A stretch of DNA of 64,000 nt from Saprolegnia diclina VS20 (lineage: Eukaryota), in assembly GCF_000281045.1 (NCBI RefSeq), contig NW_008246092.1:436596-500595 (forward strand). The letters are read 5' to 3'. The first letter of the stretch is position 1. Each line of letters starts with the position of its first letter. A program made the position numbers and the translations under genes. This document shows positions 12,061 to 23,167 of the stretch, in pieces. The notes beneath the pieces were generated by a model. The model made no database searches, was not told the origin of the DNA, and saw nothing but the letters and a program-made list of their open reading frames with translations.

Positions 12061-13653
12061 ATGCAGTCCGTGGTCGTCGACACCAGTAAGCTCGCCAGCA
12101 GCGACACGTACATCATGGTGGCGGTGTAGGCATCGTCTACGTCGAGTGGTCGCCGGACGATGGACCACTCGTACCTGGTGCGGAATGCTGTCACTTGGGC
12201 ATTGCTTCTGGTCGCGATGCGTAGAGCCAAACACGACGCTCGTCTTCCTCGAGACGGACGACCTTGTATACGCGAGGTTCTTTGCGGACTTTGGCCCCCT
12301 GCCGCTCGGCCAAGTATGCCTTACTCCATTGCTTACGCTCTCACGATGGCTAGGTGGTGCGGTTCCTCCGCTCGTTGCAAACCACGGCAAAGAGCTACAC
12401 GCGCGTGATCTGCTACTCGACGTGTGTGCCGATGCCAAGGTCCCGTACCGAGACACGAGACACGCGCTGTAGGGCCCACCCGCAGCGCCAAGCGAACGCG
12501 ATTGCCCTCCTCGTGCTCTACCGCGTCGTCCTTCGCCGCCTCTCGCCAGCAGAAGCCATGGCGCCATTTGAAACCAAGCAGCTGCCGCCTTTCCGGGATG
12601 CCGCGTACGGCATTTGCACGTTTGGGCTCTCGATCGTCGACTGCGCGGCGGCAATGCACAAGGCTAGCGCTACGCAAGATGCAACAACGTTAAAGGCATT
12701 TGTAGGCCGTCGCGCTCAACTTCTTCGCGCTCGACACGTGCGCTGTTGCAAGATGAGAGGCAAATCGATGATGCGGTGTAGGTTCGACGTTGACGGCTAC
12801 GAGGCGATGGCTGCCGAGAACGACATGCATTGGATCGTACCACAGAAGCTGGTCGCGCTCCCGTACGACGCTCTGCCCACTCATGATATGGGCTTATATG
12901 TGCTCGCCCAGCGGACCAACGTCGCAGCCCGCTGGTAGCGATCGAACAAGGTTTCCGCAGCGCGTCGACGACGTTGCGCTGAAGCTCAAGGCTCTTGGTG
13001 TCCGTCTCGCATGGCGTAACGCGTCATTTTTATCGTGTGGTGCTAGGTGTCGTGTGTCGGTATCGTAGTCATAACGAAGTACCCAAGGGCCACGCTGTTT
13101 GGAGTAGTGCGCCTCAACGACGCTACTGGCTACGACGCGCGCAAGATCGTGGCCGTCGGCTTGCGACACGTACGCTAGTAGCCACCGCTTGGGCGCCAAC
13201 TAGCGGCGTAGGTGGAGATGCCGTACGCCGATGGTGGCACGCCGTCCGAGGAGTCGCTGACGACTTTCTTTTCGGTGCGATTTGAACTCTATCGAGCAGC
13301 ATTTGAACATGCCAGGGTAGATCTGTGACCGTGAAAAGGGCGCTTTGGCCGTGCACTGCGAAGGCGGTCTCGGCCGCACGGGCACGACGATCGCCGCTTA
13401 CCTGATTTACGTACGAAAATGGCGGCTGAAATGAGCTCAATGAGCGATGTAGCGGTATGGCTTTACGGCGCCCGAAGCCATTGCGTGGTGTCGGCTATGT
13501 CGGCCGGGAAGTGTCCTCGGGCAGCAGCAGCACTTCTCGATGTTTATGGCGCCACGCCTGCGAGCCTTGCCGCCCACCCATGTGCTCGACAAGACCGCAA
13601 AACACATCAAGAACAAAAAGACAATCAAGCACATAGTAACGATCGGGCACTAG
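12061..13653 (+). CDS. CDC14: Cdc14-family dual-specificity phosphatase (divergent P-loop)
   Basis: [78 protein letters not shown]; many short introns. Confidence 0.9.
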
Positions 13654-13710
13654 TGTAGGACCTCGTGCAATAGTTCAATTTTGTTGCTGGGTTCGATGAT
13701 TTAACCTATG

Positions 13711-16274
13711 TTAATGGCGTCCTTTCTTGGTGCGGGCGTCCGGTTTCGGTACACCCTTGGCACAGAGCATGCGCACCAAGCTCTCGAGCTTGACGTTTGG
13801 GAGGTACTTGACACCCTCTGCGTTTAGCTCAAACTCGTACGCCTACGCGCGCACTTGAGCCGCGTTCGATGCGGCGTATACCCGGCACCTTCTGGTACAT
13901 TTCGAGTACGTCTTGCTCGACGAATTCGTATGTAAAGTACTTGGCCACCTACGCAGTAGTAGTCCCCTTGATGGAGGCTTCTCAGCCACGCACCAGCGCC
14001 TTGAACTCTCTGTACTCGATGCCGTCGATCGGGGCGTCGCGCTTGAGCTTGACCGTGATCGCCTCGAGGTCTCTCGCGGCTTGCGTGTTCCAGACGTGCA
14101 TGGCAATGCCCAAGACGCCTTCAAGCGTCAGCATGGTCCACCTACTTGGCTTGAGCTCACGGATATAACGAGCATTGGTCAATACCGTTTACTGCGGGGC
14201 AAGTGGCGACTCGTGAGTCGGGACGAGCTCACCGACCGCGCCGTGCCCAACGGAGTGTCTGCAATGTCTGGGTCTTGGTCGTGCAGCATCTCGCGCATGC
14301 TCGCTTGTGTCTCTGGGCCAATGACGACGCGGTCGACGTAGTTGGGTACGTCGTTCGGGTCTTTTAGCAGCGGAAACACGTTGTTGAGCGCCATAATGAC
14401 CACGTTCAAGCCAAACTGAAGCGGCTTGTGCGTGTGCAAGGTCAGCGTCCCCGCGAGCGTTGGCAGCGGGATGAGTCCCACGAGAAGCGCGAGGAGGCTA
14501 TCAGCCATGCGGGGGCTAAAGCAGCGAAGGTTGGAGAGTCCCATGATGCAGCCCATGACGTGGATCCGCCCATGGCTCTCCCGATACTCGGTGATGCCGA
14601 GAATGAACAAGTAGAGCTGCGCTTTCGACTCGGCGTACGTCGTGTACCTACCCCATCGTCGCTACAAGGTCCAGAAGAGATGAATTAGCCGCTACCGTCT
14701 GAGGAAAAAGTGCTGAACGAACGTCGGAAAGCTTTGACGCGGGACGCGCAACGTGTTGGTCTGCAGCGTATAGACAGCGCGGTCAACCCAAATGTCGTGG
14801 ATAAGGCCGAGCACTTGATCAATGTCGAAGCGCTGCAGGCCGCTGTCGGCGACGCCGAACGCTGTCACTTGGTCCAACCACCGGTCGTGCACTGCTGGCG
14901 TACTCTGCTGCGACCAAAACTGTGCGCTAAAGACTGTCGGCACCGCGAGCGCCGGAATGCCGCAGTTGACACCGTCCGAGCCGGCGACAAGCGTCTGAAA
15001 GTGGCGTGCGTACTGCTGCCACGGCACGACATCGAGGTAGTCGATCGACGTTGTGATCTTGAAGCGCACAAAGGCTAGGTATTGGAAATGAGATGTGGTG
15101 ATTTCGGGGGGCGTACGGGGGGGTGCCTCTTTGGCGCGGAAGCTCATGCCTTCCGGCGGCTCGGCGGCTTTGATTTCTTCGACTTCCTTCTCGATTAGAA
15201 GAAGGTTGTTGGACGTGAGGTCGGCAATCTTCTCCATGCACTGCGTCACGACCTCGCGCAGCTCGGAGCTCGTGATTTGCTCTTGCACCAGTCGTACTTC
15301 GAATTCGTTGCTATGCATCATCATCGCAGCGTGTCGAGATGCTCCTTGCGTACTTGGAGAGGCGCGTCTCGTCCAGCACTTGCACGGCCATGTCACGGGC
15401 GTTGATCGAGAGCTCCGTCGCGGTCGCTGTCAACGCCTGCACTTGGGCTTCGAGCTCGGAGCTGCGGGCTTCGGCAGCATACACGGCGTCCCGCAGCTCT
15501 TGGATTGTTGATTGGGTCGTCGCATGAGTCTCGCGCAGCGCGGCGGCATCCATCGTCTTGGCGACTTCGGCTTTGAACTTGTCGCGCCAGGCCACATTTT
15601 CGTGTTCGAGCTAGCCGACGAAACGCATTTCTGCGATACGACTGCAATGATAGAGGGTATTCAGCGTGTACCTTGCGGATGTACTGCTCCATCTTGGCGC
15701 GGTGCGTGCGCGCGTGCACTTCGCGCGTGAGAAGGTGGTCGATGCTCAGCGCGGTATCGTGTGGGATGCTTGATGTGGCAGTCTCAAACGCCATTGGCTC
15801 GGCGCAGCTCGCGACTACACGCAACGTCCATTCTCCATCGTCAAGCGGTGCGTACGTGTGAACGGCAAGCTCGGCATGCTGCAGCTGAAACGACGTCGCA
15901 GCACCTTCTCCGGGGCTGGCGTCGCGACGGACACGGCTTGCGTTGCTTCTCGCAGCTTGATATTGTCCCATCGTTTCATCGGTGGGCACACTGCACGGGT
16001 GCTAGTACCATCCTATCACCTCTCTTCGGACCAGCGTCTTACAACGTACCGCGACGGGCGCGAGAGGTGTCGCGCTTCCAGCCGCTTGGCGGTGATCTCC
16101 TTGGCGAACGCTGCCGACTTGTGACGCACGACATCGTCAAAGTACTCCTACAGACAAGTTGTTGTTCTTGTTTATATGTATATGCACGGGATGGATGACC
16201 TGCTCGGATGCCGTCAGTGCAACGTCAATCTCGCGTTGTAGCTGCGTGAGCGCAGCCCGGGACGGCGTCTGCAT
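13711..16274 (-). CDS. Coiled-coil protein resembling TSNAXIP1 (translin-associated factor X-interacting) family
   Basis: Long coiled coil, then VLGLIHDIWVDR..SFPTFVQHFFLRR..LYLFILGITEYRESHGRIHVMG; multiple exons; stop at 13711. Confidence 0.55.
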
Positions 16275-16469
16275 GGTCGTTGGCGGCTCTGGGAAAGGCG
16301 GCGCCGACAGTTTCGTGTTTGCGTCGGGTGACCAGCAGTGGCGGTTTCGAGGCGCCATCTTGCCGCGGCGGGCTTCTGGCAGCCAGGTGGTCGTACCCGC
16401 CGCCACGTGGTGCGCGAAGTGTACATACGACTCTAGTGGCATTTCGGATTCTTTGCTGGCGACATCAAC

Positions 16470-17679
16470 ATGGACCTCAGCGGCCTGCAGCTCACCGAGT
16501 CGATGCTGGCGTCGATGCTCAGCCATTCGCTTGACGACGACGACCTCTGGAACGTCGAGACGATCCTCGGTATGGACGCCACCAACATGCTCGAGCTCGA
16601 GAAGGACCTCCAGTTCCTCGATGCGACCAGCGCGCCGCCCACAGCGGCGTACAACGGACTTCAGATCCAGACGGACAATCTCAACTTTTTACCGGACGCG
16701 ATAATGGACCAAGTGTTTGCCACTGAGCCGTGCTACTCGCCCGAGCCCAAGCCGCGCCCGCGGTAACCGGGATGGCACTCGGAAAGGTTATTTAATGTTG
16801 TTGTTTAGCAATTCACTCGATATGATGACGCTCGAACCGCTTCCGCTCGACCACTTGTCGTTCGTTGCGCAGCCCACGAAACGCAAGAGCATTGTCAAGA
16901 TCAACCCCATGCCACCGCAAATCAAGGTCGAGATGCCGCCAATGCCGCCCATGACGGCGCGCACGATGCTGCAGAGCAACCCCATGAGTAGCAGCACCAA
17001 CCTCAATCTGAACCTCAACACCAACATGAACCTCAACACCAACATGAACCTCAACACCAACATGAATCTCAACACCAACATGAGCCTCAACGCCAACATG
17101 AACGTTAACACCACCATGAATCTCAACACGGTCCAAGCCAACAACGCCAATGCACTCTCACCCAAGAAGTGCAAGCAGTGCATTACGCCTGGCTGCACGC
17201 GCCGGGCGCAGTCCAACAACCGATGCAAGTCGCACGGCGGCGGCGCCCGCTGCACCGTGCCCAACTGCGGCAAGAGCTCCCAAGGTAATCTACGCTTCTT
17301 CGTAGAACGTGGTATGCATAATGTTGCAGGCGGTGGTCTCTGTCGCGCGCACGGTGGCGGCAAGAAGTGCAAGGCGCCGGGATGCACCAAAGGCACGCAG
17401 CGCCTCGGTCTCTGCTACCTCCACGGCGGCATTCGCCGCTGCACAAGTCCCGGCTGCGAAAAGAAGGACCGCGGCAACGGCTTTTGCATCGCACATGGCG
17501 GTGGGCGCAAGTGCTCGACGCCCCGCTGCACGCGCCCAGCGCGCCGCGGCGACTCATGCCAAGTGCACGAAGAGCAAAAGAGCGGCAACGTGCTGCTGAC
17601 GCTGCAGAGCAACGCAATGAACCCGGACGCAATCGCCTTCATGGGCCGCGCGATTCTCCAAGCGCCGAGCCCGCACTGA
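16470..17679 (+). CDS. WRKY19-like Cys/His zinc-finger repeat protein
   Basis: Tandem CxxxGC..C(K/R)xHGGG repeats (CKSHGGGARC, CRAHGGGKKC, CYLHGGIRRC, CIAHGGGRKC); two introns. Confidence 0.85.
17011..17130 (+). repeat. Coding minisatellite, 18-bp unit x about 6.7, encoding NLNTNM
   Basis: AACCTCAACACCAACATG units with gradual degeneration. Confidence 0.9.
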
Positions 17680-17848
17680 GGCATTCTCATTTATTCCTAC
17701 TACGCGTCTAGGACACTTCGTTAATATTAATAATACCACTTTAGCAATACACCTCTCCACTTGTCATTGTCATATTGAGCAATTAGTGTCGGCTATAAAA
17801 CACAGTCAGCTAGGTGCTACGGAGACCGGGTGAAACGGCAATATCGCC

Positions 17849-18609
17849 ATGATCCAGCGACTCCAACTGGGCACCGACCACCCGCGGCTCTCCAAGCTCA
17901 TGAGCGACGACAGCAGCGAGTCCGAGCGGTCGGCCCGAGTTGCGCCCCGCGTCGCCGCCCGCGACCTCTCCTCCCCAGAGTACCCACCGGCTCCTTCTGC
18001 GTCGTCCGATTTGCCATGATTATCCTTAGCTTCGATCGCATTCTCGGGTTCAAGAGCACCGGCTTGGAGACCAAGTACGTCCCTCTCAAAGATGAACACT
18101 ATTGTCTACGACTATGCTACGATGAGTAGAGCGACGGCAGACGTCAAGGGGTCTGTGGACGGCACGACGGTCGTCACGGTCGTCGCCTCGAACGAATACG
18201 AGTCACGTTTTGCGACTCGAATGCTGACCGCTCACGCTGCCACGTAGAGATGTGCCGCACGATGTCGACGTGGCCGAACCCAAGTCGCCGTCCCGCGGCA
18301 TCGGCGGCAGCATCCACTCGTTCATGTACACGTTGTCGCTTCTGCTAGGTTCTGAGAGGAATCTTAGTTTTGGCATCAAGAACGGCAACAACACAGCGAA
18401 GCGGTCGGCGCCACCGCCGAGCCCGCCGACGCAGCTGCGTCACGACGCCAAGGGACAGAATAACACACTTGTGATCGTGCGCAAGCCCGTGAAATCGTGG
18501 GACGAACCCCATCCGGTCCTTGCACCAGGTACTTGTCCTGCCCTAACCCGCTTTGGCTGCAACCATTTGTACAGCGGACGAGGAGACCACAATTGAAGCG
18601 TTTACATGA
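17849..18609 (+). CDS. Small multi-exon hypothetical protein
   Basis: ATG 17849 followed by coding-like segments separated by GT..AG gaps of about 45-55 nt; no domain recognised; 3' end uncertain. Confidence 0.4.
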
Positions 18610-18710
18610 ATTACGGTTTATATATAATTGTTGATAGAAATTAGTCAAACAGAGATAACGTGATCAGATACATACACGGTAGGAGAAACAGGGACGAATC
18701 GCGATCAGTG

Positions 18711-20391
18711 CTAGTAGCGCGCGTCGGCCATCGTAAGGAGCTCGGGCGACGGCTCGGGTACGCTTTCCGGCAGCGTCTCAAACGGCGAAAAGTCTTCGGG
18801 TAGGAAAAACTCGGGAAACGACGACGGCGCCCACGGCTCCACAATGGGTTTGAACGGAATCGGCATCGTGCCGAGGTCGTCGCTGTCCGGCGTCAGCGTG
18901 CGCGCCGGTGACGTCGGCGGCGAGCACGGCGACGACTCGTAGTCGGCCAGTGCCTGCAGCACCATCGCGTCGTCGTCGTCAGCATCATGGGTGCGTTGGT
19001 TGTCGCCCATGGTCGCGTCACGCTCCATCTTGACGCACAAATCGTTGGGCTGCTGCGGGTCGTCGAGACGGTTGGTCTTGGACGCTGACGCATTGTGCCA
19101 GTCGAGTGTGTTGAGGAGGCTGTACGGCCCCGCGTCCTGCTGGCTCTTGGTCGGGTACATGGGCGAGTACATGGAGACGTAGTTGGCATCCAGCATCGGG
19201 TACTACCACGCAATATCATAAGACGCTCATCTGATGCTTCAGGCGTACGACAAGGGGCTGGCGTGGTGCGACATGTGGGCTTGCGGCCTGAAAGTACGTG
19301 TACGAAGGTGACAGCGAGAGCCCCTCGATCGTCGACGAGAGGTTCGAATCGCTCAGGCGCGTACCGAGCATCGGTGGCACCGACGACGACGACGACGGCG
19401 GTGTTGTGCTCGACATGGACTGCGACCGCTTCTTCCGGACCACATTGGTGCGCGGGAGGTTGCGGGGCGTCGTGGTCTTGTGGCGCGCACCGCGACTGCT
19501 GGTCGGCGTCGTCGTGCTCGTCGTGCGCCGCCGGTAGCCTGCTTGACGCATCGGCGTCATGCAGTCGTACTCTACTCGTGGCATTAGTAGAGCGCGTAGA
19601 GCGCGTGAACGCGATTAGCAAGCGACGCACCAGACGAGATCGGCATCGAGTTGGACCGCGACCGGAGCTGCTTTTGCGGCGAGTCGGACGATGACGAGAG
19701 CGCTACGCGGGCAGTATGAGTCGTCGTCTCTCGAGGTCGATGAGTCTATGTGGCCTGTACCGCCATGTTCCGGGCTCGTGAGGAACCCGATCGAATCGAT
19801 CCCGGGTGGCGTCAGCTGCGACAAGAACGGACCACTCTCGATCCCAAAGTTGAGCGCAGGGCGAATCGCAATGTTGTTGGCGGCCGTCGTGTAGTAGACG
19901 GCCGAGAGATTGACCAAATTGGCTACGTGCGCCGTTACGACGATGGCCTTGTGGCTCCTGCATGTACCTCGTTCGCGTTGCGCGAGGCTCAGGTTCCGGT
20001 GCTTTAGCCGCATGTGTTGCGTGAGACTGCCCTCCGAGCCGTACGCCTTGCAGCACCCCGAGTACGTGCACGTCCATTTGCGGTCGATTTGCGCTGCCGT
20101 GCGTCGACGGCGCTTCTTCTTCTCCATCTCTACCTCGCCCGTTATACACGCTCTCTCTCGCATGTGGCCGCACCCGTGCCCATTGGCGTCTGACCTGCGC
20201 TGGGCGTCGTTAGGTCCGACGAGTCGTCGTCGCGCACGAGGTCGATCTCAATCTTTAGCTACATGGCACGACGAGGATGAGCCATGGACACGCAGCGCGA
20301 TGGCCATTACGTTCTGCGCGGCCTTGAACTGCGCCAGCTTGTGCGTCGCCGCCGCCACGGGCAGGTTGTCGACGACGAAGATCTGGCTCAT
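18711..20391 (-). CDS. Single C2H2 zinc-finger putative transcription factor
   Basis: KKKRRRRTAAQIDRKWTCTYSGCCKAYGSEGSLTQHMRLKH; S/P-rich low-complexity C-terminus; start codon inferred. Confidence 0.8.
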
Positions 20392-21195
20392 GCTGCGGCT
20401 GCTACTGCTGCTCTTCCTGCGTTGCGTCTTGTCGGATGGATCTCGTCGGCCAAATCGCCAAATGCTCTCGGAAAGATTTCGACGGTCTCGTCGTTGCAAT
20501 AAATTGATATAGTATTGGCACGGCCGCTGTCCTCTCTATTTTATTATATTTCATTTTAATGCACGCGGTGCCCATGTACATACAAAGTGTATGTGTCGGC
20601 ATCGGACACGGTATTAAAATATATTAAAATACAATGCAAAACGCAAAACGCCCCCGTTAAAAATACACCGAAATGCGTTTTATATTACGCGAGTAGCTTG
20701 CACGACCATGTGTCCCGGCCTCTCGCCGCGTTGCCGTCAGTATACAAACATCAAATCGAAACGTAGTACATCTCGACTAACTAAAGAAAGAAGGTCGCGA
20801 GAGGACGCGTACAGTGCACGACCAGCAACGTCGCTAGTCGATATAGGTAGTGGGACGTACGCGCTTTGCTACGTCGAGAGGCAGAGGCTGCTTGGACTTG
20901 GGAGCACAGGTGCGTCGTCCGTTCTTTCTTGCCTCTGCGGTATCCATCTCAGAAACTTCAATGTCGAACAGATTGGCGATCTTGATCACCGTGACACGGC
21001 GTCAAGACCAGGCCGCGCCGAGGCGCCGCCATGCGTCGGTGCGCAGGGTACGTGCACGGGGCGACGAGCAGGTGGCAGGCAACGACGTCACCATCGTCGC
21101 CTGGCTGTCGACGGACCGGCGACCTGCAGAGATCAGGTCGAAGGAAAATCAAGTTGCGCAGGTTTTACCGTTGTCGTATCGAGTCTGAGAAGCAC

Positions 21196-22047
21196 ATGGC
21201 AGCGTCGGTGCAAGACGGCGTCGTGGCCGCCCTCGAGGAGCGCGTCGCCGAGCTCTGCGCCGAAGCCCTCGCGCGCGACGAGCTCATCTTGCACCTCCAG
21301 GCAGAGAAGCGTGATTTGCGGCGCCTCGCCGAGCGGCTCCGGGCCGCCCGCCACGTGGCAGCAGAACCAGACGATGCGCTGACGGACGCACGGTATCTTT
21401 CCGTCCAACGCCACGCGAGTGAGCTTGAGGCCCAGGTACGTACGATAGCTGAGAACCTTCACGGCGCGATTGGGCTAGCATAGCGTCATACCTAGTGCGC
21501 GCGTCAACAAGATGAGATCACATTGCTGCGCCGCGCGGTGGCGGCCAAGGACGAGGCCATTGACGACTACGTCCAGCAGATTGACGCGCTTGAAGACCAA
21601 GTGGCCGAGCTGCGGCTGGTCATCGACCGGCCGCCCGAGCCTCTTCCAGAAGAGCCACGTCACGAGTGGATGGAAGAAACCACACGGTACGAATCACATG
21701 CGAGCACAGTGATCCATCGTCGCGTTGCTAGCTTCCCGACGCCACACTTTTCGCTGCAGTCGCCCGAGGTCGCGTACGTCCTCTCGCAGTGGACGCAGAA
21801 CCCGACCAAGGCGTCGTCGCTGCTCGCGTGGCTTGTCGACGTGGCTGACGAGAACCGCGAGTTTCGGTTGCAGCCGATCCCACCCGCGATCGAGCTCCCG
21901 CGGCTCCCGCCCGAGGTCCGCGACGGCTTCCTCACGCTCATCGTGCCGCTGCTCCGGAAGCAGCTCGTCCGCGCAATCACGGTCCACACGCGCGGCCACG
22001 GGCTTTGCCATACGGACCTCCGCATCCGCGTCGAGCCTAAGATCTAA
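21196..22047 (+). CDS. Coiled-coil hypothetical protein
   Basis: Two exons (ORFs 21031..21483 and 21523..22047) with typical codon bias. Confidence 0.7.
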
Positions 22048-22098
22048 CCATCCCATTTTGCCGTTTTGTCATTTTGCGTCTTGAAACGACTTTTCTGC

Positions 22099-23128
22099 AT
22101 GACGGACGACATTGCATTGGCGATCGTCGACGACGTCTTGCGCTCGGTCGAGGCGACGCGCGTGGTAGCACGACTGCCCACCGCCTTACACGCTGCACCT
22201 GCGACTAGGTCCGGCACGCCGCCACGCGCGTGGCGCGGGACATGTGGGAGATGGTCCATCTCTCGGCGCGCGTGTCACCGTCGCCCGCGTGCATGCAGCG
22301 CATCCCTGAAGAACCTTCGACGCTCGTCCTCGACAGGTGATATGTCGGACGCTTGATCGACCCTCACGCTTGGTAGCCGCGCCGCGCAGTGCATCCCGAG
22401 CAAAGCGCACAAGCTGCGTTGGACGATCGCGTCCAGCCCCACAGGCAGCGACTGCACAGCGTCGTCGCTCTCGGTACGCATCGGAGCTTGGGCTCGCCTT
22501 CATGATAGGCAGATCGAGCCGCCACCGCCTGTATGCACGCGCACGGTAGTCTATCCTGCACCTTCCCATCCTCGTCCTCCACGCGAAAGATGTAGGCCGC
22601 CCCACGCTGCGTCAAGTCGATCAAGGCCACGACCAAGACCGTCGTGATCCCACTCCTCGTTCCACGCTCGACGACGGCACTGCACGAGCTGTTCTCGCAC
22701 CCGTTGCCAAAGATGCTGCCGGAAATCACGGTCGGCGCGACGCCCGTCTATGTACCACCACCCATCACGCCGCTGTGCACCGTCGTCAGCAACCAAGACG
22801 ACGACCACCGACCCTTCTTGACGTCGGCCATGTTCACGCCGACGCACCACCTTCTTTGCACCGACCACGCCGTTGCCACGCGGCCAGCCAGTGTGCCACC
22901 GCCCAAGGTCGAGCCGCGTGCTCGGCTACCGTCCACGACGTCGACCCGGCGGCTCTCGTTCCGGGTGCGGACGCACCCGTTGCATAAGGCGCTGGCCCCA
23001 TTGCCTCGTAGCACAGGTACGCATAGCACGTACTGTCTTGGCCGAAGGCTAAGCGTACGGTAGCGATGCACCACGACAAGGACCCGCGCCGGTGTCTCCC
23101 AACGTTGCGACACAAGCTGACGCACTAA
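22099..23128 (+). CDS. Hypothetical protein (spliced)
   Basis: MTDDIALAIVDDVLRSVE start; Pro-rich downstream exons; short GT-AG gaps. Confidence 0.45.
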
Positions 23129-23167
23129 TACATATGAGATTGCAGCCAAACTGCCCTAAGTTGATAT

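Noticed and set aside
17011..17130. CRISPR-like array
   Set aside because: Head-to-tail coding minisatellite without unique spacers; eukaryotic context and no cas genes
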